64,000 bases of DNA from Curvularia clavata. Lineage: Eukaryota. Below the pieces are notes generated by a model that was not told the DNA's origin, searched no databases, and saw only the letters and a program-made list of their open reading frames with translations. The number at the start of each line of letters is the position of its first letter. Positions within the stretch are counted from its first letter, which is position 1. Position numbers and translations under genes: made by a program. The DNA is taken from the NCBI GenBank assembly GCA_023920165.1, contig CP089274.1, positions 5,704,001 to 5,768,000 of the forward strand. Reading direction: 5' to 3'. Below are positions 25,146 through 37,800 of this stretch, piece after piece.

Positions 25146-28100
25146 ATGTCGACTGGATTGAGGCAGCGCGCCAATTCAAACGCCATCAAAAGTAATTCTG
25201 TTCGCTCCACCGACGTCAAACTCAAGCCCCCGACACCCGGCCAGGATGAGTTTGCTTTCGAGCCCTGTGCGGCTACCGGCTCCTTCTTGCTCTATGCTCA
25301 GCGCAACGTTATATTGTGCCTCCACCACGACACCTTGGCCGTAGAAAGACGTTTTGAGAGACACCGAGAAGATGTCTCGTGGATCTCGGTGGATACTACG
25401 AGCGAGAGAGGTGCAGGACGTTTAGTGGTGTCGTACGATGCCGGGTCAACCGCTATTGTGTGGGACCTGTTTACCGGCGACGAAGTGGCTCGCTTTGCGT
25501 CATACGAGCAAATCAGGGTCGCAACCTGGATGAGAAACGGGAACGTAGCTTTTGGTGAGTCTGGGGTGCAGTAGTCGCTGTTGTTGCGGTCCGGCTGCTG
25601 ACTAGTCAACCAGGAAATGCCCAGGGCAACATCATCCTATTCGAGCCCTCGACGTCGGAACACCTCTCAGCCAGAACCATTTTCGACCCTATTACAGCAC
25701 TTGCACCCGCTGCAGACTGCAGAACATTTGCTATTGGGTATGTTGTAGAGTGCAATGCGCCCATTCCCGGAGCTCCTTTTCGCTGACTTGTTCCCTATAG
25801 CTATCTCAATGGCTCCATACTAATTGCTACACTGCAACCTTCCTTCACCATTCTCCACACTCTTACCACTCCCAGACAGCCTTCGCCCGTCGCGGGATTA
25901 GCCTGGCATGGCTCCTCGTCCAAGCAAAAGTCGGAGATGTTGGCAGCTCAGACGGCGGACGGCGACCTCCGCGTATGGAGCGTCCCCAAAGCACCCCATG
26001 CAGGTGACTCTCCGTGTGTGATTCGTGTTCTCAACCAAAAAGAGCAGCGAGAACCCGGTCCCTGCTGGTTTGCTTGGTCTAAGAATGGTCGTATTGTCCA
26101 GTACACTGAAGGGTACGTAACATACTGATAGCTTTCACCGCCTTGAGCTGACACGTGATACCACAGCCAAACCTGCGCTTGGGATGTCCGAACAAAAAGA
26201 GTATCCTATGAGACTGTACCGACTATTGAAGGCGTTGCAGCCATTTGTAACTACGGCCCCACTGCTACACTCTTCACCATCGGACGTAACTCTAGCATCC
26301 AGCAATACGATCTCAATCCCAGCAATGGACCAGCAACCATGGTAGCTAATGTACAGCATGCACCCGCCAACACTCCTCCGTCTCCACCAATCTCCCTGGA
26401 CGAGCAGAAGAAGCAGATGGAAACCCCACTCACCGCCCTTCCAGCAAAGTCTTTGCCCATAGTGCTAGCCGAGTCCGAAAGCAGCGCCGATGAGGGCGTC
26501 GTCATGTCGCCGCTACAGAAGATTGCTCAAGAGATGGATCAGTTGGAAGAGGAGCGCCGCGATCGTGTTGGCCCCCTGAGCCCTGTTTCTAGTCGAGGTT
26601 CTCAGAGCTCACGATCATCTGGGAGTGGCCGTGCTCCACGTTACCGCTATGATAGGCCTTCCAACAGCTCGCAACGCTCCACACGCTCAAAGAGCTCGGG
26701 CGGTTCGGGTACCATCTTTTCCTCGGGTACCTCTTCGCTCATGGGCACGTCTACACGCGAGAGTGTCTCTATACGGTCACTTTCGTCAACTGCATCATCT
26801 TCTCGCTACGTCACCTCCAATCTACGCAAGGAAGTTCTCCGAAGCCCTCAAGAGACGCAAAAGAATGAACACATGGATCTCTTTCCCTTTACCAAAGCCC
26901 GGCTTAGCGATGTACCCTTCCGACCTTCCGACCTTGGACCAGAACGCACCCCAGACGATCTTCGACTTAACATGCTCAAGGTCGTCTTTGGCTGGGACAA
27001 TGACATTGACGAACTGGTACAGGACGAACGTAAGTTTTCTTTGGTCTCTTTTATCCTCTGTAAGCTAATATCCTCTTAAGTTGCACGCCACCCACCTGGT
27101 TCAGCTGCTGCTGTCTTGCTTTCTAAATGGCTAGGTGATCTCGGCGCTGACCTGATGGCATCCATGGTTGGATCCGAGTCAATGACTTCTTCCGACTGGA
27201 TGTTGTTGGCTCTGAGCAATATGGGTCAAGGCTCACAGAAGAAGGTCGGTGAGGCCTTTGTCCAGCGTCTACTTGAAAAGGGCGACATCCATCCTGCCGT
27301 TGCCATCTTCCTTGGACTGGGCGAACACAACGACGCCATCGAAGTTTATGTATCCCGCAAGTATTACATGGAGGCAATTTTGCTCACGTGCTTGACCTTC
27401 CCAACTGACTGGCAGAGACAATCACACTTGGTCCGAAAATGGGGTGAGTATGCCGTCGCACACGGCAAAGCAGAGTTGGCAGTACGATGCTTCTCATGCA
27501 TGGGCCTAGAAACTACCGAGCCCTGGTTCTCGCCTCGTGCTCAGGACGCTGTCTTCTCCGCGCAGAAGCAAGCTCTGCTTGGCTCGCAGATGAGTCCACC
27601 ACTGTCACCACCAAGCGTCGGCAGCAGCCGAGTGGCAGCCAGGATGGCTTCGCTCAAGCTCGTCACAGACTTTACCCGTGGTCCCCAACCCCAGCAGATT
27701 GTACGTGAGGAAGACGACAGGACTCCGATGAACGCAGGCGTCACGCCTATCGCGGAGTCTGCTATTAGCCCAGCTGTTGGCAACCACAATTGGCTCGGAC
27801 GCGCTGCTCGTGATGCCTCTCGTGAACCTTCTTCAGCACGCACTGCTACTCCGGGATCCTATGGCAGGAAGCGCTTCCCTTCACGATCCGATGCCAGCAG
27901 GACTACAACAAACAATGAGGCTCTTGCGTCGCTGGCCATTCCTGACCGCGGCCAACGCGGTGAGTCTCATCCCAGGACTGCTGTTGACAACATTGGACGT
28001 GAGGCAGAAACCCTGCCATTCTCTACGAGACGAGCCACGAGCGGATCTAAGGACTTTGTTCTTTCTGCGACAACCTTCAACCCCGAAAAGTCGAGCGATC

Positions 28101-30403
28101 ATCTGCCCTCTCCAGCAGTAGGTGTGTTCGACGCACTCAAGGACAAAACCAGCGATTCGCGCGCCAGCTCCAGGAGCCGAAACATTCAGGATCTTCATCT
28201 CGACATGAAGGAGACCATCGTCATCGAACAAGGCCCAGAAACCGGCTACACAAACAGACTCAGTCCTCCCTTGACTGGCGCCAGTATCAAGAGTGCCAAG
28301 GCCCGAAGCATCGATCAATACATCAGCAGTCTCGAGGAGGCCAATCATTACGCCCAGAACCGCGCCAACTCGAGAAATGAAGACAGACCAGCTTCGCGTA
28401 CTGCTCGCACACGCAGCCGCAATCGTGACGACTCGCAAAGCCGTGGACGTTCTGGTGTGCGCTACATCCACCCTGCAAAGCGCTCTCCTTCCTCGCCTGT
28501 GCCAATGTCTCCTGAAGATGCTGGTATCTATTCTTCCACCAAGAAGGAGGCCAGTACCAACACGGAAAACTTTGATGACGAGAGGTTCTACAAGATGAAC
28601 CTTGCTTCTCCTGCAGTTACGGAATCCGTTGCCAGCACTCGCACTGCCAGGAGCCGGGCACGCCATGGAGTAAGCAAGACCAGATCCTCTTCCAAGACAG
28701 CAGCACGCCGTGCAGAATCGCCTGAAGGAGCTGCGCGTGCTCGTAGCAAAGGTGCCAGCCGAGCCTCAAGCCGTCGCCCCGCAGAGTACCGTGGAAGAAG
28801 CGCTACTCGTGGAGAGAACTCGCCTGTGTCGCCTCAGCCTATGAACCGAGATGAACCCGAGTACTTCATTGACCAAGAAGTTGCCCGCCCACGCCAGCGA
28901 AGCAGCAGTCGTCGCCATGCAGATGGAACAGCAAGCACCCGTCGTGAAGCTTCTTCTGAACGCCATGGCACACGCGACCGGTCCATGAGCCGAAGGCCCA
29001 CGCCCGCACTGAGAGAGTCTAGTCGCAACCGAACTCACACACGTGAGCACTCTCCTGAGTCCCTGACTTCAGGACGTTCGGGTGCTTCACGTATGCGCCC
29101 CGGTGCCTTGTCAAAGAAGGCTCTGGCTGCTCGAGAGCTTGAAGAACGCAGACTTTCTCTGGCTCGACGACCTTCGGCTCCAATTATTCCCCACCCGGGT
29201 GAGCTCGCTTTCCGACCAGTCTCACACGAGCGCTCAAACACCGACGACATGTTGAGCTCAATGTCCATCTACAGAGATCCCATCCAGAGAAGCCACACAG
29301 CAGACCCAGAGATCACCAAGAGGTACTCACCTACTAACCGCATGATTCCTGGTCCAACTTCAACGCCTTCTGTGCCCATTGGCCTTCCGGCAAATCCACG
29401 TGCTATGCGTCATCCTCGCTACATGACTGCTGATCCCAACGAAGACGACATCCCTGCTGTGCCTAGTATCCCTAATGAGATGCAGTACAACCAAGGACCT
29501 TCACAAGCACAGGAAGATGACATTGGTCCCCTTCTCCCTGCAACAACCTTTGGACAGCCTATCTCGCCTCAGCGATCAATGTCGGCACCTCCTCAGGACA
29601 TCCAGCTGCCTTCTAGCACCTACAACTCTCCCACTTACCCTACAATCGGTCGACGCCCTTCTTTGGGTGGATCTCGTGGCCACTCTCGACAGAACACCAT
29701 GCCCGAAGTTCTGCCTCAGACCAACTACAAGCGTCACAGCCCACCTCCGATTACTGCCAGCATTGATGAGACAATCCACGAAAGTCAAGTCGTGGTTCTG
29801 GAACAGGACGACAGCGCACCCCCTCTGCTGTCTCAGCTTCAGCACTTGGCCACTCCACCACCACCGCCTCCACCACCGCTAAACATTGGAGGCAATGGTG
29901 TTGGCATGATCAACATTGCCATTGAGGGCAACAGCCCAGGCGAGAAGCCCATGGAAATGTCACCCACGAATCCATCCGCCTCGAGCTCCCCACATACCCA
30001 CCGCCGGGGCCGCGGTAGTGTGAGCGAGAATCTCGGTATGACTTTCAAGCGTGTCACTGAACGCATGCGTAGCACTAGTCGTGGGCCTCAGCGCGCAAAG
30101 TCGCCACCAATTACCCGCGCTGAAGTTTCTCCTTACGAGAGCATGCCCGAGTTCTCTTTTCCCCGAGGCCCTGCTGCGCGCTCTCCCCCTGCCGACAGCG
30201 TGCACTCTGATTCATACATGAATCAGATTCCACCGCCTCCGCCTCCGCCACCAATGCACCCGCAGCCCATGGAGCAGGTGATCCCTCCTTCATCGGAAAA
30301 CAGTCAACCTTTCTACCGGAATCCCAAGGAGCTTCGCGCCAACATGCCACCTGACACACTACAAGCTGGTGTGTACCAGGGGGGTGAGACTCCTATGATC
30401 TAA
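25146..30403 (+). CDS. Large WD40-repeat protein with helical region and long Ser/Arg/Pro-rich disordered tail (Gemin5-like architecture); introns 25555-25613, 25738-25800, 26113-26166, 27030-27080
   Basis: WD-ending repeats (AIVWDL, LRVWSV, CAWDV, IQQYDL). All four introns are GT-AG with branch sites and keep the frame into the 1095-aa ORF. Confidence 0.8.
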
Positions 30404-31484
30404 TCTAGTTTTCTGGATTAGATCAGGGGAGTATCTCTCCACTTCTGATGAATACTTTTTTTTCTCTCTCTTTCCTCTTTTTTCTGCATCTCAATTGTAC
30501 AACTGAAACGACGACATGACCACAAATTTTTTCCCAAATTTGCATTCTTGGTACCATCCATCATTTAGCAACTTGGCCACTTGGCTTACACTCTCTATAT
30601 ACAAGTACAAGTTTGTGTATATGGAGTGTAGGCCTGGGCGTTGTGTTTGTTGAGCGCATAGCATATTTTGTTTTTTTGTTCTTTCTTCAACTGTTCTACA
30701 CCTTCTTCTTCCTCATCAAACCACGACGAGCGAAGCAGGGGTTTGTATGACAGTTGGGGGGACTAGGGAGATTTTTATCTGTTCTTTCTTTCGTTCTTCC
30801 TTCGCTGTATCCATGTTTTTTTTAAACCTTCTTTTTCTCCCTTCCCCCCGCTTTTGACACCCTTTTTTTTCCCTTTAGTTCTCGTTCCTGAGAGTATGCA
30901 AAAAAAAGAAGAACTATTTACGCTTCGCGGCGGGGATTCTCTGTGTTTTGTTTCTCTCTCTTTTTTTTTCAGTGTGTCGATTTGATACCCTTTTTTTGCC
31001 CTGGCTTCTAACCTCTGTTCGATGTAAGTCTTTGTTTGGAGGAGAAAGGCTTGGTGGTTTAGTTTAGTGTAGTGGAGATGGATGGAACGCGGTTAGTAGA
31101 GGGAGAAAATTCTATGTTATACGTTTCTTTTTTAAAAACTTGCCTCTTGTGCTTTTGGAAATGATGTGTGCTATGCGTGACACGAGTGAATTGTAATATT
31201 TCAGAAAAACATATGATGAGATATGAGGATATGGAGACGGAGAAGTTTTCCACCAGCAAAAGAGCATCGTATCTCCAATCCTGACCCAGTGATCGCTTTC
31301 TCATATTGTTTTTATTGGCCCCCCACTAGTATAGGCGCAGGCTCACGTAAATACTCTCTAAGAGCTCGACATATTATCTTCTCACAATATACAGCTATGC
31401 GTTCACAGGCTTGAAAAGTCGTTTTTCAACACTCAACGTCAGAAGAAGAAAGAATTCCCCTTCCTTCTTAAAGTTGTAATTGAA

Positions 31485-34270
31485 CTACTTCATAGTATCC
31501 GCCAGCTCACGATACATCCTCTTCAGTTCTCTCACATCGGCCTCGAGCTCCTCCACCCTCTCCGTCTTCTCTCCCAGCATTTCTAGTGCTGTCAACTCTC
31601 TGTTCTCCATGTCAGCCAACCTCTTTTCAAGGTCTTCCACCTTCTCCCCCTGTTTCTTAGCTTCATCGACTTCACGCATGAGTTTAACTACTTCGTTGCG
31701 GGCTTCGTCGCGCTGTGCGGTTAGACGAGCAACTTCTTCTTTATGCGTTGCTTTTTCTGATTCGAGACGGCGGACGGCGGCGCTCATACGTTCGACAAGT
31801 TGGACAGACGGACCTGCAGCCATGGTGGAGACGCTGAGCATATCGGCGATAGTGCGGTGGGGCGAGGACGCAGTGTCAAATGCTTCCATGTTTTCAGGGT
31901 CGAGTGTATGGATTGAAGGCGTTTCAAGGGGCGGTGGTGCTGTTAAGCCGTTGAGACTGGCCATGCTATAGGGTATCGAGTCTTGCCGCTGAGGCGTCCC
32001 AGTTTCCGGAGTGCGCACTTTTGAGGTGGATTTGGCCTGGCGCGAGCTGGAGGGTCTGCGCAAGCTGTCGTCAAACATGCGGTCTATCGGTGAGAAAGCT
32101 GAGTCCATACCACTGGATGTGGTTCGGGGATTGGCTCTTCGAGTGTGTATTCCTAATGGGTCGGGCGAATGTCTTCGTTGTGCTATCGAAGGCGAGTCTG
32201 TTCGTAAGTAGAGACCATCTCCGGCCAAAGATGGCGTTTGTGACTCTACTTTCCATTTGCTCTTTTCCTCGTCGAGTCTCTGTTGGAGCTCGGCTTCCCA
32301 TATCTTCTTCTCTTTGTCCAAGTCAGCTCTTGCGTCTTGTGCAGCAGTCTCTGCCTGCGCAAGCTTAGCCTGCAACTTTTGAGCTGCAGTGCGCTGCTCA
32401 TTCAAATCGTTTTCAAGAGTACGGGCGCGCTCGTTGATGCTCTCTAGCTCGTCCTCCAATCGGCGTGCTTTTGAGTTGGCTTCCCTCGCTTTGCGTCTGA
32501 CTTCAGACTCACGCTTCGCAGTCTCATCACGATCTTTCTCAAGAGCAGCAACACGTGAAGTCAGCGTTGTTTCGATTCCTTGCCAGTTCTCAGAAGCAAG
32601 CGAGTACTGTGTCTGCAGGGTCTCGATCTGCCGGAGAAGTTTCGCCTGAGAGTCACCTGTTGCGGACGAAGAAGCCTCCTCAGTCCGGGTTCGGAGAAGT
32701 TCCAGCTTGGATTCAAGGTTCTGAACACGTCAGTATGCATTCGAACGCGGCTGTCCATTTAACTTACTGCAATCTCGCCGCGCAGCTCCAGCTCAGCCAC
32801 CTTTGCCTTTTCCTGTTGGTTTCTAGCTTCATCCCTGGCTGCTTGGAGCTCCTTTTTGGCACGATCTTCCGCAAGCTTCTTCTCTATCCGCAGATTTTCA
32901 ATATCCTCCTGCAGTGATGCTGTAGCCCTTTTTTCCGCTTCCAAGGCTCCAGATTGCACTCTCTTTTCAGCATCCTCAGCGCGTGAAAGCGCCTCATTCA
33001 ACTGCTTTCGAAGTTCAGATATTGTCAACCCTGCTTCCTCACGTTCTGCTCTGATGGTCTCAATGTCCTTTTCGATCTTGCTAACAATCTTTAGCTTCTC
33101 CTGCGAAGTCTTCTCAGCAGCTTCCGCGCGCCGTGCCCTCTCCGACTGCTCTGTGATGCTTTTCTCAGCTTTCGCTAGGCGCTGTTTGAGCATCGTGATC
33201 TCCTTGTCCTGCTCCTGGGTCTTGGAGCGCAACTTTTTTATGGTAGTCATGTGCTTCATTTCTGTCTTGGACAGCTTCTGGCCCTCTTCCATGAGCGCAG
33301 CAATCTGCGCATCTTTCTCCGCCAATTTCTTATCCATAGGTGTCGCTTCCGCGTCTGACGAAGCGGCTTTCGCGGATGCAGCAAGCTGCTCTGAAAGGTA
33401 CGTGAGCTTTGATTGCAGTGCATCAATTCGTTCGAGATGCGAATTGAGCTCTTCGCGGTTCTCGCGTACTGTTTCCTCGTACGTCGTTTCGAGTAAAGAC
33501 AGCTCGGCTTGCAATTCTTCTGGGTCTTTAGACATGTTGGTTAGCGTTGGGACAAGGGCATCAACCGAGGGCCGTGATGCGATGCTGTCGAAAGACTGCC
33601 GAGGAGACGACGTTTGTGGAGTAACATTCGATGGTATGGACGGCATTGACATTGTGGGAACGGGGGTTGAGGTGGGTTGTTCTACTATCACTGATGGGAC
33701 TGGCGGTATCGTCGTCTCTACAGGGGACTTCGTGGGGGCAGCAGTGTTTCCAGCGGGTTGTGGTGGGTTGTCAACCTTTGTCTCTTCTGCCTTGGTGCCC
33801 TCATCTTGCTTTGCAGACGTGACTTCCGCAGTCGGCTCAGACGCCTTGGAGTCTATACTAGTCCTCGATGTATCCGCGGCTATGGCTGGACTGCGCAGCG
33901 CTGGACTTTCTGGCCGCGACCCAAGATCTGACGAGGCCCGTGACTCGGACCGTTCACTGCCTTTATTCACAGCTTTCGCTAGGCGATCCTGTAACCGGGA
34001 GTTTGGCCGACTTCGTGACTGATTCCGCGAGGCTTCTGTGGCGTTAGCATCCACCCAGCTTACTGCTACCATACACTTCTCAGGCTACCCACCAGGTTCG
34101 ACCGCCAACTTCTTGTCTGTCGCCGCCGCCGCTTTGTCTGTGCTGTCGGGCTTTGCTGCAGTATCTGCCACCGCTGGTTTTGCACCTGCAGAGCCATCTT
34201 CAGCCAGAATGGTGTCAAGTCGCGACTCCAGACCAGAGAGAGCGTTGTTCCACCAGCCTTTCCCACTCAT
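31485..34270 (-). CDS. Golgin / TATA element modulatory factor homologue (TMF1/Sgm1-like coiled-coil); introns 34036-34092 and about 32722-32767
   Basis: N-terminal WW...LESRLDTIL; LMEEGQKLSKTE block; C-terminal AGPSVQLVERMSAAVRRLESE...ALEMLGEKTERVEELEADV (TMF_TATA_bd). Confidence 0.85.
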
Positions 34271-34895
34271 ATTGCCGATTTCTTCTTTTTCTGCACAAGT
34301 GTTCAAAGCAGTTGTTGTCTAAGAAGCTTCGCTAGCCTTCGCCGCGCATGTGTCCCTCGCTCGTATATGTGCGCATCGCTCAATTGCGCAAAGAGGCCAG
34401 GCTGGTCGGATCTTGGTGGTACGCGGAAAGCCCAGGTGTGGCGGGGAGTCGCGGGCTTACGACAGCTAAGGCATGGGCTGATATGGCGTTCCGAGGGAGT
34501 ACTGGCGGGAATCCTTAGTCCTGAATCCACCGGGATTCTCGTGTATTACATAGAGAGCAAAGCGTTCGTCCTCGTCGTGATTCGTGTCGTTAGCAGTTAT
34601 GGGTCGTCATGCTGCAGCCCAGGCGGCCAATCAGACGCCGATTGGCCCGCCTTCCGCAACGCGGCGCTGACGCAGCAGCCGTCTCCTCTTCCAACGCTAC
34701 ACGATTGAGCTCACTCTGCAACACTCATGTTTATTGATCTTGCATTCTGTTTTAATTGTCCACTTCTTCAATTTTGATCTCCGCTTGCTAGTTTTCACTT
34801 CCAATCAAGACTTCTGTGACTAAGATCCACTTACCATTACGCTCATTCCGCAGCTTGCAAAGGCCGAGAATCAAGCTTTGGTAGTCGGGGGCCTG

Positions 34896-37800
34896 TTAGT
34901 AGGAATCTTTGCAATACATGGGAGGAATCTCGGCCAGCAGACTTTTTGCATACGCAGCTGCTGTGGCTGCCGCGTAGTTTTGCCAGCCCTTGTTCTTATG
35001 CGAGTCTGCATAGTCACAAATCCCGCGGATAACCATGCATGGATATTCTCCCATAACCCCAGCTGCTTCCATCTCGAAGCAAAGGACTTCGTGTTCTTGC
35101 TGCAACCTCTTTCGCTCCGCAACTGAGATCTGAAGTTGGTTGCTGGATGCAATAGTGCCAAAATGTACAAAAGGAGAGTCAGGCAATCGAAAAGCGGCTT
35201 TACCCCGTTTGGCGCGCGAGATAACTTTCTCTCTGTCACAACAGTCCTTGCAGTCGTCAGATCGAGTGCCTTGATGCTCGTATGTGTCTGCGAAGAGACT
35301 ATCATGTGCGGTCCCCGGATCGTCGTATTGGTTCTTGCGCCTCTCATCAAGCTTGAGACGCATTTGTTGCAAGACTTGGGTAATGTTCTGGAAACAACCT
35401 TTCGCACGGAAGCTGTTGATAGCAGCCATCAGGTTGTGATGAATACCGTTGGTATGCCCATGAAATTCGAGGCGCCCTGAATCTTTCCATGCGCCTTCGT
35501 CATACTGAATAACCCCTCCATGCTTGCGTCGTGGATAGCTGACAACCACGTCCCCCAGCACAATCTCGCCAGTTCCATAATGTGGTACACCACCGGCAAC
35601 ACCGACTACGAGAAAGTATTTGATATTAGGAAATCCAGCACTCATCTTGGCGGCAAGAATTGCAGTATTGCTAAGCCCCATTTTTGTTGGGACTCCGATG
35701 ACAACGTTATGCTTCCCAATTCGACCACCTAGATAATAAACATTGTCATATTGAACATCATCTTGGGGATACTCTTCGTCCATGACAAGTCTCGCAGCCT
35801 CTTTTTCCAGAGGAAGAGGAGATATCCACCCAATTGTAAACCGATGGTTCCTCATTTTGGGGTTTGTTGATTCATTTCGTTGTTGAGGTGGCAAGTCCTT
35901 CTTTGCAGTCTTACACGAGTCGGTTTCCGTCAAAACCGTTAGCTTTTCGCGGCTGAACTTGTTCTCCAGATCTCCCGCAGCTGACAAATACTCCCCTTGC
36001 GCATGGCCCTAAAGGTTGTCAAGACTCGTTTCCTCCTGAATACTAGACTACTTACTGTCATAGAAGTACTGGAAGAATGCTTTCTGTTGGATGTGGCTGA
36101 CGTATCGGAAACAGCTTCGAACTGGCTATCGATCGGCGCCGCGGATAACGAGACCAAGCTGGACCCTAACCCGCTGTCGGAGCAAGTCAGGTTGGCGCTT
36201 TGGTAGGAAGATGTTGACCGAGACCTTCTGAGACTACCAAGTCTCTCAAGATTCTGAGAACTATGACCAAAAATCACAGCACCACCAGGTGCAAGTAAAC
36301 CAGGGTGTTGAAGAGCCGTATCGTTGATCCCGAGTTTGCCCTTAGGAATAAGCAACTGAATTCGATCAGAATGCCCTTCTGCGTTCTCGCTTACACACAA
36401 ACATGATTCGAAAATATGATCAGGTTTGTGCCAGTAAATGTTGTCGACTAATCTTAAAAGACCGCCTTTGGTACTCCCTTCTCTTTGTTGAATTCTCATG
36501 ATATCAGAGACGCTGACAGCCAGATGATTTTCCCCTTTTGGGACTTTGTTCCAGATTGAGCACGCGGTCTGGTTATCGGTAGGCCTGATCAGTTCGCCAA
36601 AGCCGCTGCCAAACAGGTTCATGGCATGAATGGCTTTAGTAAAGTCAACCCAGCCTCTGCCTCTTGCGGGGAGCTCAGTGATGCGGGGCTTGATGCGTTC
36701 CTCAACCATTGCTATAGCGTTGAAGTCAAAACCTTCAAGCTGCTGAGGGGGTATATCACTCCCCTCTGCTTTATCTTGGTAGCTCGAAACTTGCTCCAAA
36801 ATATGCAAGATGTCTTCAACTCTGTCTTTGAGACACTCCGTTGATTCATACAACTTGATTCTTTTGTTAGTTTCATTCGTGAGAACCCAAATAGCAGCCG
36901 CTTTGCCGACTCTAGTTGCAGGTGCTTCTTCCAATTCATGTGGTTTGAAGAGGAGTTGGTCGGAGAAGTCGTCCTGCTGGCTAAACCTCAATGATGCTCG
37001 GACCAGATGTAATAATGAGCTTGCGCCATCAAACATCCAGGCTCGATCATCTTCGACGTCAAACAACAAAATAAACTTCCCAGCAATCCACATGAGTCGT
37101 TTGACGTATTGATCTCCCACATGACGGGTTGGTATGTCCTTGAGGCCAAGAGTGAAACTTCCGGAGCTAGCAATAGTGTTTTTGCTTCTTATGGTTTTCC
37201 TCAAGAGACGGTCACCGTCATACGGTGTCTCGAGCCCAGACCAACCAATGTCGTAATCAGCTTCCGCAGCCCCTAAAAAGTGTTTCTTTTAGCGAACATC
37301 ATACTCGTCATATTGGAGAGCGATTCTTACCCGCATAGCTTCTTGCAGACGCACACCAGCCAACGATATGACGAGATGTTTCGACGTCGAAAATACGGAT
37401 AATATCGTCTGAATCATTTCTAGCGATGCTTTGCGCTCGAGGATCTGCGTAAGATATATGACTTCCATCCTCATTGGCGAGCACATGCCATGTCACAACA
37501 TGTTCTTCATGCTTCGTGCACACCAGCATGGTACAGAATCCCTTGATGAACGGCTTGCCATCGAATATAGTAACGGTTCGTGCTTGGCATAAAGCCACCA
37601 TCAGAGAAATCGGGATCTCTAGGCCAGTGTTCTTCTGAGGCCTCCTCGGTATTGGATAGCCAGTGACAACAACCGGGTTCCTGAACAGGTGTCTCCAGCA
37701 TTGTCCAATCGCGTTGTCTGTCTGCTCTTTATCTTCGTCGAATATATATTCGATAGTAAACGAAACAAGAGAGTGTTTTGTTGTTCTGTAACCTGGGGGG

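Noticed and set aside
32856..34022. 388-aa plus-strand ORF
   Set aside because: Antisense shadow of the coiled-coil TMF1-like CDS.
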